Shown here: piece by piece, positions 48,044 to 58,753 of the stretch
Layout: the number at the start of each line of letters is the position of its first letter
How positions within the stretch are numbered: the stretch's first letter is position 1
DNA from: an uncultured Maricaulis sp.
Lineage (GTDB): Bacteria > Pseudomonadota > Alphaproteobacteria > Caulobacterales > Maricaulaceae
Direction of reading: 5' to 3'
NCBI GenBank assembly: GCA_965242785.1
Contig: CBDETA010000001.1
Coordinates: 79,444 to 143,443 of the forward strand
DNA length: 64,000 nucleotides
The notes under the pieces: model-generated
Seen by the model: the letters and a program-made list of their open reading frames with translations, nothing else
Databases searched by the model: none
What the model was told of the DNA's origin: nothing
Program-made: the position numbers and the translations under genes

Positions 48044-48075
48044 GGCGTCAGGGCGTCAGGGCGTCAGGGCGTCCG
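48044..48075. repeat. 8-bp tandem repeat (GGCGTCAG x3 plus one variant)
   Basis: Seen directly at the EamA stop codon. Confidence 0.85.
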
Positions 48076-48969
48076 GGCATCGCGCTTGCGCGCCAGCCAC
48101 ACGCCCAGCAGGATCACCACCAGCGCTCCAACCGGTGCCCAGCCGATCGTCTCGCCGATGAACACGCCGGTGATCATGGCCGCGATCGGGGTCAGATAGT
48201 TGGCTATGGCCAGGAAGTTCGGCCCTGCCGATCGCGAGACCTGCATCAGCACGACCGAAGCCAGCGCCGTCGGGCCTGCCGCCAGCCAGATCACCGACAT
48301 CCAGGCGCTCGCCGACACGCTGCTGGAATGCTGAACCAGGTCGATCACGCCGAAGGGCAAGGCGAAGAGCGCGCCGCAGATCAACATGCCCGCGCCGGAC
48401 ACCGAGGGCGGTGTGTCCGGGATCAGCCGGGCCAGGATCGCATTGATGCCATAGCAGACTGCCGCTGCGACAATGGCCAGCTGCGCCAGCGTGTCCGCCC
48501 CGCCCAGCTCGCTCAGCGCTGCTGGTCCCAGCAGCAGGACGACGCCCGCAAAGCCGATGATCACCCCGGACATCCGCCGCAACGTCAGCTGCTCGCCCGG
48601 CACGAAGACATGTGCCATCGCCACAGTCGCGAGAGGCATGGTGGCCACCAGAATGCCGGCCAGCGCACTGTCGATATGCTGCTGGCCCCAGCTGACCATG
48701 TAGAAGGGCAGGGTATTCCCGAAAAAGCCGAGCCCGGCGAGATAGATCCAGCGCTTGTCCCGAAGCCCCGGCAGCTTGCGGCCGCGCGCATAGGCCCAGA
48801 TCGTCAGCAAGATGGCCGCACCGCCAATGCGCACGAAGATGAGTGCCGCCGGCGGCAGGGTCACAACCGTATGCTTGATGAAGGCAAAGGCCGACCCCCA
48901 CAGCACGGTCAGCAGGATCAGCGCGGCCCAGTCGCGCGCCGTAGGCGCATGGGTTGAAGCCTGGCTCAT
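48064..48969 (-). CDS. DMT/EamA family transporter
   Basis: LWGSAFAFIK; 10-TM EamA pattern. Confidence 0.9.
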   Translation of the reverse strand: MSQASTHAPTARDWAALILLTVLWGSAFAFIKHTVVTLPPAALIFVRIGGAAILLTIWAYARGRKLPGLRDKRWIYLAGLGFFGNTLPFYMVSWGQQHIDSALAGILVATMPLATVAMAHVFVPGEQLTLRRMSGVIIGFAGVVLLLGPAALSELGGADTLAQLAIVAAAVCYGINAILARLIPDTPPSVSGAGMLICGALFALPFGVIDLVQHSSSVSASAWMSVIWLAAGPTALASVVLMQVSRSAGPNFLAIANYLTPIAAMITGVFIGETIGWAPVGALVVILLGVWLARKRDARTP

Positions 48970-48971
48970 GC

Positions 48972-49140
48972 CATCCTCCCCCTTGATGGGGGAGGTGGAT
49001 CGCCGCGCAGCGGCGAGACGGAAGGGGTGAAAGCGCGAAGCGCTGCGAATCCCGGTGGAGGCAAGTCTGGAAGAACCTCGCTGTCACCCCTTCCACCACG
49101 GCTGCGCCGCGGTCCCCCTTCCCCATCAAGGGGAAGGATA
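48972..49140. repeat. Palindromic REP/MITE-like element, family A copy 2 (inverted)
   Basis: Same hairpin TIRs and 39-nt core as 30358-30518. Confidence 0.8.
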
Positions 49141-49156
49141 AAAATGTCGGCCGCCA

Positions 49157-50290
49157 TCACAACACCGCCCTCAGCCCGTCCACCAGGGCCGCTATATCGG
49201 CTTCGTCATTGTAGAGGTGCGGCGTTACCCGCAGCCGGTCACCACGCTGGGAGACATTGATGTTGCGTGCCGCAAGCCGGGCGACCAGATCTTTCGGCGT
49301 GCCGTCGGGCAGGGTGAGGGCGAGATAGTGCGGTGCGCGGTCCGGTGTATCGTCTGTCAGGCCCAGCGGGGCCGTGGCGGCTGCAATCTCGGCCGTTCGC
49401 GCCGCCAGGGTTTCGCAGATCGCGGCGACGCCCCAGTCCAGGATCTGTCCCAGCGCGGCCTGCGCTGCCGGCACCAGCTGGAAGCCCGAGCGCTCGCCCA
49501 TGTCAAAGCGTTTCGCGCCCGGGGCATAGGCGTCGGCATAATCGACCAGGCGGGCAAAATCCTCGGCCCGGTCGCGCACGATCCAGTTCTCTTCCAGCGC
49601 CTCACCGTTCTGGTGATGGGGGGCGACATAGAGATATCCCAGTGAATAGGGTGCCAGCAGCCATTTATACCCGGCCGTCACGGCAAAATCGGGCTGGATC
49701 GCCTTCATGTCGAAGGGCAGGGCGCCCAGCGACTGGGTCAGGTCCAGCACCAGGGCCGCGCCCTGGCGCCGGGCTGCCTCGCTGATCGCCGGCAGGTCCA
49801 GCTGCCCGCCATCGGCCCAATGCACCTGCGGGCACGCGACGATCGAGGTCGCCGGACCGATCGCGCCCAGCATTGCCTCGCTCCAGGACTGGTTGGCCGA
49901 CCGGCTCACCGTGCGGACGCGGCAGCCATAGTGTTCGGCCAGATTGCGCCAGACATAGACATTGGACGGGAACTGTTCGTCCAAGACCAGGATCTCGCTG
50001 CGCTTTTGCGGGGCAAGGTTCCGCGCTGCAGTTGCCAGCCCGTAGGACGCCGCCGGCACCAGCGCGATGTCCCTGTCTGCTGCACCATAGAGCTGTGCGG
50101 CCTGGGCCCGCACGGCGTCTGGCCGGTCGAAGAAGTCGTCCTGGATGTCATACGTCCAGGGCTGCCCCTTGCGGCGATAGCTGTCCTCGCCCGCGGCAAT
50201 GGCGGTTTTGGGCATCGGACCCATATAGGCGGCGTTGAGATAGACCCGCTCGCGCGGCAGGTCGAACAGGTGGCGTTGCGACGGGATCAT
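49157..50290 (-). CDS. Class V PLP aminotransferase (cysteine desulfurase/kynureninase-like)
   Basis: YLNAAYMGP, LDLTQSLG and AGYKWLL (PLP Lys) motifs. Confidence 0.88.
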   Translation of the reverse strand: MIPSQRHLFDLPRERVYLNAAYMGPMPKTAIAAGEDSYRRKGQPWTYDIQDDFFDRPDAVRAQAAQLYGAADRDIALVPAASYGLATAARNLAPQKRSEILVLDEQFPSNVYVWRNLAEHYGCRVRTVSRSANQSWSEAMLGAIGPATSIVACPQVHWADGGQLDLPAISEAARRQGAALVLDLTQSLGALPFDMKAIQPDFAVTAGYKWLLAPYSLGYLYVAPHHQNGEALEENWIVRDRAEDFARLVDYADAYAPGAKRFDMGERSGFQLVPAAQAALGQILDWGVAAICETLAARTAEIAAATAPLGLTDDTPDRAPHYLALTLPDGTPKDLVARLAARNINVSQRGDRLRVTPHLYNDEADIAALVDGLRAVL

Positions 50291-50377
50291 GACCCAGCCT
50301 CTTGCCCCGGCGCACGGAGGGCGTCAACGTGCAAAGCCTTGCACCCGACCGCCCCGCTGCCCGTTCTGGAGACCCTT

Positions 50378-51571
50378 GTGGCCGAGACGACAACCGCCCC
50401 CGAAACCACGAACAATCCCAAGCCCGTCCTGCGTCCCGCCGATCCGCGCTTTTCCTGCGGACCGGTGAAGAAATATCCCGGCTGGACCTGGGAGGCCCTG
50501 GCCGACGCGCCGCTCTCGCGTACCCACCGTGCCGGCACCGCCGTGGCCCGGATCAAGGAATCCATTGAACGCACCCACGCCATGCTGGAACTGCCCGCGG
50601 ATTATCATGTCGCCTTGCTACCGGGCTCCGATACCGGGGCGATGGAAGCGGCGATGTGGAGCCTTCTGGGCCAACGTGGCACCGACGTCTTCTCCTGGGA
50701 CGTGTTCGGCAATCGCTGGACCCATGATGCCCGCGACGAGCTGAAGCTGAAGGATCTGCGCATCTTCCAGACCCCGGCCGGCCAGTTGCCGGATCTGGCC
50801 CGGTATGATGGCAAGCGCGACGCGGTCTTCACCCTCAACGGTACGGCCGCCGGGGTCTGCATTCCCGATTTCGACTGGATCGATGCCGACCGCGAAGGCC
50901 TGACCATCTGCGATGCTACCTCGGCCGCTTTCGCCGTGGAGATCGACTGGTCCAAGATCGATGTCCTCACCTTCTCCTGGCAGAAATGCATGGGCGGGGA
51001 AGCCCAGCACGGCATGCTGGTGATGGGGCCGCGCGCGATCAAACGCCTGAATACCTGGCGGCCGAACTGGCCGATCCCGGCCCTGCTGCAGCTGCACAGC
51101 CAGGACGGCAAGGCCAATATGGCAGTCTATGAGGGCTCCACTCTCAACACCCCCTCCCTGATGGCGGTCGAGGATTATGTCGCAGCCCTGAAATGGGCCT
51201 CGCGCATCGGCGGCCTGCCAGAGCTCATCCGCCGCCGTGAAGCGAATTTCGCTGCGCTGGATGCCTGGGTGCAGTCCTGCGACTGGCTGGACTATCTGTG
51301 TGACGATCCGTCTGCCCGCTCCCAGCTCTCGGTCACCCTGAAATACACCCACCCGCGCGCCGCCGCGCTCGATGCCGAGGCGCAATGGGCCCTGACCAAG
51401 CGCATCTCCAACCTTCTGGAGCGCGAGAATGCGGCGCTGGACGTCAACATGCACCGCGCTTCGGTGCCCGGCATCCGCATCTGGTGCGGGCCGACGGTGG
51501 AGCGTGATGATTTGGCCGCACTCGGTCCTTGGCTCGACTGGGCCTTCCGGGAAGCTCTGGACGCAGTCTGA
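50378..51571 (+). CDS. serC: Phosphoserine aminotransferase (alphaproteobacterial type)
   Basis: PRFSCGPVKK, GSDTGAME, CDATSAAF, FSWQK.MGGE..HG and GIRIWCG motifs. Confidence 0.85.
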   Translation: MAETTTAPETTNNPKPVLRPADPRFSCGPVKKYPGWTWEALADAPLSRTHRAGTAVARIKESIERTHAMLELPADYHVALLPGSDTGAMEAAMWSLLGQRGTDVFSWDVFGNRWTHDARDELKLKDLRIFQTPAGQLPDLARYDGKRDAVFTLNGTAAGVCIPDFDWIDADREGLTICDATSAAFAVEIDWSKIDVLTFSWQKCMGGEAQHGMLVMGPRAIKRLNTWRPNWPIPALLQLHSQDGKANMAVYEGSTLNTPSLMAVEDYVAALKWASRIGGLPELIRRREANFAALDAWVQSCDWLDYLCDDPSARSQLSVTLKYTHPRAAALDAEAQWALTKRISNLLERENAALDVNMHRASVPGIRIWCGPTVERDDLAALGPWLDWAFREALDAV

Positions 51572-51631
51572 GACACGGGCTATCGCTGTTGCGACTCACG
51601 ACTGACCCGCTCGGCGGGAGAGGGGAAAAGC

Positions 51632-52216
51632 ATGTCACGTATGATGAAATCGGCCATTCTCGCGCTGTCCGGCGCTGCTCTGCTCGGTTCAGCCGCCCTG
51701 GCCGATGATGAGCGCGGCTATGAGTTCCGCCTGGGCGTCACCGCCCACGACCTCTCCGACCATGTCGAGGACGGCCCCAACATCACCGTAGACCTGCTGT
51801 TCGCCTCGCCGGACTTTCTCGATGTGATCTGGTCGCCGCGGCCCTATCTCTACGGTTCCTTCAACACCAATGGGCTTACCAATTTCGGCGGTTCCGGCCT
51901 GGCCTGGAACTGGGAGTTTGCCGAGAACTTCAATTTCGAGTTCCGCACCGGCCTGACCTACAATGACGGTGTGGTCGACATCGACCCCAATTCCCCGCCC
52001 GGTGACCCGACCCGTATCCGCCTGGCCACCACGCGTTCGCTGATGGGCAATGAGATCCTGTTCCACAACGCCATCGGCGTGGATTACGACCTCAATGACC
52101 ATTGGTCGATCGGCGCCTATTACGAGCATATCTCGCACGGCCAGATCCTTGCCTCCGGCCGCAATCAGGCGCTGGACAATGCCGGCATCCGCCTCGGCTA
52201 TCGCTGGGGACGGTAG
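51632..52216 (+). CDS. Outer-membrane acyloxyacyl hydrolase / lipid A deacylase (PagL-like)
   Basis: Signal peptide; YEHISHG...NQALDNAGIRLGYRW beta-barrel C-terminus. Confidence 0.8.
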   Translation: MSRMMKSAILALSGAALLGSAALADDERGYEFRLGVTAHDLSDHVEDGPNITVDLLFASPDFLDVIWSPRPYLYGSFNTNGLTNFGGSGLAWNWEFAENFNFEFRTGLTYNDGVVDIDPNSPPGDPTRIRLATTRSLMGNEILFHNAIGVDYDLNDHWSIGAYYEHISHGQILASGRNQALDNAGIRLGYRWGR

Positions 52217-52273
52217 GGCCTTGGCGTCGCAAGACGCTGGTCAGCAATCTGCGAAAACGAACGCTCCGACGAA

Positions 52274-52367
52274 GATTGTCATCCCGGCTGGATGCCCCGC
52301 GAAAGCGGGGCATAACGCCGGGACCCATCGTCGAGCGCCTCCCAGGTGCAGATCGGGGATGACAATC
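52274..52367. repeat. GTCATCCC-type REP element, family B copy 1
   Basis: TIR GATTGTCATCCC...GGGATGACAATC; internal GCCCCGC-GAAA-GCGGGGC hairpin. Confidence 0.8.
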
Positions 52368-52396
52368 GACGTAGGCTGGGATGGGTCAAACGCGCG

Positions 52397-52966
52397 TCAG
52401 CCGCCCCGCGCAGCCTCGGCCTCTTCGGCGCGTGGATCGGTCTCGACCGGAACATAGATCCCGGTGAACACACCCTGCCAGTTTCCTTCGGCGTTCTGCT
52501 GCTCGAAGAACTGCCGCACGCGGCCATCGTCCAGCGGTGTCCAGGTGCCGCGGAAACCGGCGCGGCTCTGGGTCGTAATCGTGTAGGCCTCGCCGGTCAG
52601 CACCATTGAGCCTGCAGCATCCAGCCCGCCGGTATAGTCGATATACCAGCCATTGCTCATCCACACTTGGCGCCAGGCTCCGATCAGCGGGTCATGGATA
52701 TTGATGCTGTCACCGACATTGCCGCCGGCACCCGTCCAGTGTTCCGTGATCAGGCAGCCGCCATTGATGCGTGCAATGACATTGTGGCCCAGATACCCGC
52801 CCGGGGCTTCTTCAGTGTCCGGTGCATAGACATTCCACTCGCCGACCCAGAAATCGAACTCATCCCAGGGATCGCCCTGGCAGGCCGGAACCGGTGCTTG
52901 CGCCGACACCATCGCCGTTGCGGACACGAATAGTGCGGCTCCGGCGGCAAGTTGAGCAAGCTTCAT
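52397..52966 (-). CDS. Secreted hypothetical protein (DUF1579-like beta barrel)
   Basis: Signal peptide; FDFWVGEWNV and WRQVWM motifs. Confidence 0.7.
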   Translation of the reverse strand: MKLAQLAAGAALFVSATAMVSAQAPVPACQGDPWDEFDFWVGEWNVYAPDTEEAPGGYLGHNVIARINGGCLITEHWTGAGGNVGDSINIHDPLIGAWRQVWMSNGWYIDYTGGLDAAGSMVLTGEAYTITTQSRAGFRGTWTPLDDGRVRQFFEQQNAEGNWQGVFTGIYVPVETDPRAEEAEAARGG

Positions 52967-53162
52967 CAAATCCCTCCCTGGACAAGCAATCCCGATGCTC
53001 ACGCTCGCACGCGGTCCCGAGGGCGGCAAGCGCGACACCACCCCGTTCATCTCACTTTCCCGGCTGCTCGTCGCACTGGGCCGGGACGAATGACACAGGT
53101 TTCATCATCCGATCATGCAGGCCCAGGCATCATGGGGGCAACAATCTGTTTATGGAGACGGC

Positions 53163-53924
53163 ATGAAGCACAAACAGGCCCGGCTCGCCGATCATGACGG
53201 CATCCATGTCCGGCTGACCTGCTACGGCGCGGCCAGCGGTATGGACACCCACAGTCATGACTACAACCAGCTCTCCTTCCTGCTGGCCGGGGCGATCCGT
53301 GAACGCCATGGCCACCGCGAGATCGAGACCGCGCTTCCCAGTGTCGGCTTCAAGCCGGCGGGGCTGGATCATGCCAATGATTACGGTCGCGATGGCGCGG
53401 TGATCCTGTCGCTCAACATCACGCCCGAAGCGATGCCGCAATCGGGTCTGGGCGAGGACTGGCGCTGGAGCGCCCGCCGCCCCGACCGCGCCATCCGGGC
53501 GCTGCTGGGAACTCTGGACGGCGAAGGCGTCGGCGTTCCGGACACGGTGACCGATCTTCTGGCGGCGGCCAGCCGCGAGCATCCGCAAGCGGCCTCGCGG
53601 CCGGAACCGGACTGGCTCAGAGCGCTGCGCGACCGTCTTGATGACCCGCGCGATGAGGCCGAGTTTTCCGCCATGGCGCGCGAGGTGGGCGTGCATCGTG
53701 TCGTCGCCTCGCGGCGGTTTGCCGAGCACTACGCCCTGCCGCCCAGCCTCTACCGCCTGCGCCGGCGCCTTTCTCATGCGCTGGGCCTGATCGGGCGCGG
53801 TCATGCCCTGGCGGCCGCGGCCGCAGAGGCCGGTTTCGCCGACCAGGCCCATCTCAGCCGAACCATGCGCCGCGAACTGGGCAGTCCGCCCTCGGTGATC
53901 CGCGACATGCTGCGCGCCGGCTGA
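53163..53924 (+). CDS. AraC family regulator
   Basis: Cupin N-domain; AGFADQAHLSR C-terminal HTH. Confidence 0.9.
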   Translation: MKHKQARLADHDGIHVRLTCYGAASGMDTHSHDYNQLSFLLAGAIRERHGHREIETALPSVGFKPAGLDHANDYGRDGAVILSLNITPEAMPQSGLGEDWRWSARRPDRAIRALLGTLDGEGVGVPDTVTDLLAAASREHPQAASRPEPDWLRALRDRLDDPRDEAEFSAMAREVGVHRVVASRRFAEHYALPPSLYRLRRRLSHALGLIGRGHALAAAAAEAGFADQAHLSRTMRRELGSPPSVIRDMLRAG

Positions 53925-54007
53925 AGCGGTTACCTGCGTTCAAGACCCGGCCATCCGGCTCGACTAGAGCTGAGGGTCAGACCCGCCCCAATCCGGAGAC
54001 CCTGTTC

Positions 54008-55528
54008 ATGTCCCTTCGTTCCTGTCTCGCGGCCGCTGTCCTCCTGGGCACGGCCCCTGCCGCCATCGCCGAAACACCGGAGGGTGCCGCGGCCCGGCTG
54101 GACGCTTTCCTTGACCGTTTCGACGGCATCGACCCCGGCTATGCGGTCGTCGTGGTCACGGCCGACGAGATCCTGCTCGACCGCGCCGATGGCGTGCGCC
54201 AGCTATCGACCGGCGCGCCCATGACCGCTGCGACACCCATCTATGTCGCGTCCCAGACCAAGGCCTATATGGGCCTCGTCGCCGCCTGGCTGGACGAGAA
54301 CGGCATCGTCGCCCTGGACAGCACGATCGCTGATCACTGGCCGGATATCGCACTGCCGGAAGGAGTCGACCCGGCAGACTGGACCCTGCGCCACCTGATC
54401 ACCCACCAGGTGCCCATCTCGGTCGACCACATCACCTTTCTGGAGGCTTACGCCTTGCGCATCGAGCCGCAGGACTATCCCGCCATGATCGCGCGGCACG
54501 GCACGGCGCGCGAGCCGGGCTATGACTATGACAATCTGGGCTACAACATCTATGCCGCCATCGTGGAAAGCGCGACGGGCCGGACCTGGCAGGACTGGCT
54601 CGACCAGGTGATCTTCGACCCGCTGGGCATGGAGACCTCCTCGGCCCGCACCTCCGACTTTGCCCTGGACACCCTGTCCTGGAACCATGTCTGGGGCGGC
54701 GAGGATGCCGGCTGGACCGAGCTGCGCCCCAAGACGGACGGCATGATGCAATCGGCTGGTGGCCTCGTGGTCTCGCCGGGTGACATGGCCGCCTGGCTGC
54801 AGCTGCAGCTGCGCGGCGCGGGGCCCGCGGGCAGTGGCATCACCGCCTCGATGATGGAGACGGCCCACACATCCTTCGCCGACACGCATATGGAGGATGG
54901 CCGCAATGCCATCGAACTGCCCTGTTCCGGCTATGCGCTGGGGTGGAATATCTGCGACTATAACGGCCACACCCTCTATTTTCATGGCGGCGGCTATGTC
55001 GGCACCCGTACCATGATGGCCTTCTCGCCGGATCTCGGCGTCGGCATCGCAGCTTTCTCCAACGCCGACAGTATGACCGGCTGGCTGACCAGCCGCACGG
55101 CGATGATGTATTTCCAGTACCTCACCGAAGACGAGACCGCTGAGCGGATGGCCGATTTGCGGGTCGACATCTTTCCCGACCGCGTCGAGCGCCAGCTGCA
55201 GGCCCGCAACCAGCGCATCGACGGCGCGCGGGCCGAGCCGCAATGGGCCGGCTGGAACTGGCGGCCGGATGCCCGCGAACTGGCGGCCTATGCGGGGCGC
55301 TATACCAATGGCGACGGCTACACCACGATCGACATCGCCCTGCGCGACGGGGTGCTGCACGGTGCGCTGGGCGATTTCCACACCCGGCTGGAGCCCGCCA
55401 CGCCGGACCTGTTCGGCGCCCACAGCTTTCCGATGACGCCGCCCGATCCCTGGCAGTTCGAACGCAATGCAGCCGGGGTCATTACCGCGCTGGTCGTGGA
55501 TGGCGAGCGCCTTGTCCGCACCGACTAG
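54008..55528 (+). CDS. Secreted serine hydrolase (beta-lactamase/PBP fold) with C-terminal domain
   Basis: SQTK (SxxK), YDN (YxN) and HGG motifs; signal peptide. Confidence 0.88.
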   Translation: MSLRSCLAAAVLLGTAPAAIAETPEGAAARLDAFLDRFDGIDPGYAVVVVTADEILLDRADGVRQLSTGAPMTAATPIYVASQTKAYMGLVAAWLDENGIVALDSTIADHWPDIALPEGVDPADWTLRHLITHQVPISVDHITFLEAYALRIEPQDYPAMIARHGTAREPGYDYDNLGYNIYAAIVESATGRTWQDWLDQVIFDPLGMETSSARTSDFALDTLSWNHVWGGEDAGWTELRPKTDGMMQSAGGLVVSPGDMAAWLQLQLRGAGPAGSGITASMMETAHTSFADTHMEDGRNAIELPCSGYALGWNICDYNGHTLYFHGGGYVGTRTMMAFSPDLGVGIAAFSNADSMTGWLTSRTAMMYFQYLTEDETAERMADLRVDIFPDRVERQLQARNQRIDGARAEPQWAGWNWRPDARELAAYAGRYTNGDGYTTIDIALRDGVLHGALGDFHTRLEPATPDLFGAHSFPMTPPDPWQFERNAAGVITALVVDGERLVRTD

Positions 55529-55696
55529 CGGCTATGCGTGATCCCTCCCTTGTGAGTGTCATCAATCTGTTTTAAGCCTGCGGCCCGTTCGAACCGGCCG
55601 TATCAATCACGCGATGACTGACAGCGGCCGCGGTGCTTTTCCGGCATCGCGGCTTCCTGCTGGCGCGGCCGGAAACTTGGTTCGGGAGAGGCTTTG

Positions 55697-56986
<1,290 letters not shown>

Positions 56987-57006
56987 TTTCAGTCAAATCC
57001 CAACGC

Positions 57007-57042
57007 GATTGTCATCCCGGGCATCCATCCGGGATGACGATC
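57007..57042. repeat. Family B REP, internally deleted mini-copy
   Basis: Equals the ends of the 57262-57397 copy joined at a CCGG microhomology. Confidence 0.75.
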
Positions 57043-57067
57043 AGAGCGCAGGCCTCTCCCCCGTCCA

Positions 57068-57171
57068 CCATGTCTCCCGGCCCCCGAGCCGGGACCTCCC
57101 GCGCAACCGCTTCGCGCGCCTTGTCCAATGACAGACCCCGGATAGCGCTGGCGCGCTTCCGGGGGAAATGG
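57068..57171. repeat. REP-like palindromic element, family C
   Basis: Imperfect TIR CCATGTCTCCCGG / CCGGGGGAAATGG with internal hairpins. Confidence 0.55.
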
Positions 57172-57261
57172 CGTGGTGTTGTGATAAAGCGGCGGCACTC
57201 GGCTCAACGCGCCGCATACCGGTTCGTATCCCTGTTCTTCTGTAACGGCTTGAACCCACCC

Positions 57262-57397
57262 GATTGTCATCCCGGCCGAATGCCCCGCGAAAGCGGGGCG
57301 CAGCGCCGGGACCTATCGCCATGAGCCTCGCTGGTGCAGACATGGGTCCCGGACTTGCGCCCGGCTCAAGGCCGGGCATCCATCCGGGATGACAATC
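57262..57397. repeat. GTCATCCC-type REP element, family B full copy
   Basis: Same TIRs and GAAA hairpin as 52274-52367. Confidence 0.8.
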
Positions 57398-57417
57398 TCG
57401 GTGTGTTGCAGTCGTGC

Positions 57418-58524
57418 CTAAGCCAGGGCCCGCTTCATCCCGGCCGCCGCGATGCGCGGCGGGAACAACGCTGCCTTCAGTGCCAGGGCCGGGCTTTCCA
57501 CCAGTACCCGCATCAGCCAGGCTGCGGGCATGACGGCTACCAGCATCGCCAGGGCCAGCAAGGTGGTATTCAGGCCGGGCAGGGACACCATCAGCATCTG
57601 GCCCAGCGGCCAATGCAGGATGTAGATGCCGTAGGACACGTCCTCGACATTGCGCACGGCCTCGCCGACGCGGCCGGGAATGTGGAGATGGCCCAGCCAG
57701 ATGAAGAGGGCGGCCAGGAAGACATCCTTCATCACCCCGCCGATCGCCAGGTGCGAGGAGGCCAGGGCGGCGGCCAGGGTCAGCGCGATGAAGGCCGGGG
57801 AGAGGCGGATGTGCTCGCGCCCGGCATGAAAGGCCGCACCGATCATGAAGGCCGGGGCAAAGCGCGACAGCGTGTAGATCGTGGCATCACCCGGACCGGA
57901 ATAGCCGAACTGGATCACCGCCACACCGCCGGCACAGGCGGCCAGGGCCCAGAACAGGACCAGCGCCTTTTGCCGGTAGAGTCCCATCGCCAGCAGCAAA
58001 CCGACGCCCACATAGGCCAGCAGTTCGAAACGGATCGTCCACAGCGGCGCATTGGCGCGATGGGCGGTCGGCAGGCCTTCGAAGGCACCGGGCAGGGCGG
58101 CCATCGGGTCTGCCTGGGTCAGCAGCTTCACCGGGAAGAGCCAGGTCTGCAGGTTCGTCCAGTACTCCCCCGCCGGCAGGCTGGTGAAGAACATGGTCGC
58201 CACCATGACGAAGATCACCGAAGCGATCAGGCCCGGATAGATGCGGAAGAAACGAGAGGCGGCATAGCCGGTCAGGCTGGTCGCCTTCATCGCCGAGGCG
58301 GTGATCATGTAGCCGGACAGGATGAAGAAACCGTCCAGGGCGCAATTGACCAGGAAGTCCGCCGTGACCTGCCACGTGCCCACATAGGGCAATCCCTGCG
58401 GGATGAGGAGGGCATGGGCGTACAGGACCATCAACGCAAAGATGATGCGCATCGCGGTGAAATTGTTTGCCTTGTCTTCCAGCCGTCCCAGGCCGTCACG
58501 GAACAGGAAATGGGTCTGGCGCAT
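57418..58524 (-). CDS. Acyltransferase-3 (SGNH-less O-acyltransferase)
   Basis: NNFTAMR, FFILSGY, RFFRIYP, LWTI and SYGIYILHWP motifs. Confidence 0.9.
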   Translation of the reverse strand: MRQTHFLFRDGLGRLEDKANNFTAMRIIFALMVLYAHALLIPQGLPYVGTWQVTADFLVNCALDGFFILSGYMITASAMKATSLTGYAASRFFRIYPGLIASVIFVMVATMFFTSLPAGEYWTNLQTWLFPVKLLTQADPMAALPGAFEGLPTAHRANAPLWTIRFELLAYVGVGLLLAMGLYRQKALVLFWALAACAGGVAVIQFGYSGPGDATIYTLSRFAPAFMIGAAFHAGREHIRLSPAFIALTLAAALASSHLAIGGVMKDVFLAALFIWLGHLHIPGRVGEAVRNVEDVSYGIYILHWPLGQMLMVSLPGLNTTLLALAMLVAVMPAAWLMRVLVESPALALKAALFPPRIAAAGMKRALA

Positions 58525-58753
58525 CGGGTAAACTCCCTCTTTCACCCTCGGTAAGCGCAAGATCCGTGCGTTTTCGCGGAATTAACAAAACTCTAATGAA
58601 AACGGTAAGATCGCGATTGTTGTGTTGAGGCTTGCCCAAGGGTTTCCGGAATTGGGGCAGGGCAGGCGTTCCGGATCGGGACGCGTGTCGCGCGCTTGCC
58701 AGACAGGGATCGCCGCCTAGACTGCGCAGCGGAACTCACCCGGGGAAGTCTTC

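Noticed and set aside
57215-57235. GGTTCGTATCC tRNA T-arm-like motif
   Set aside because: The T-stem does not pair beyond 2 bp and there is no D-arm or anticodon arm
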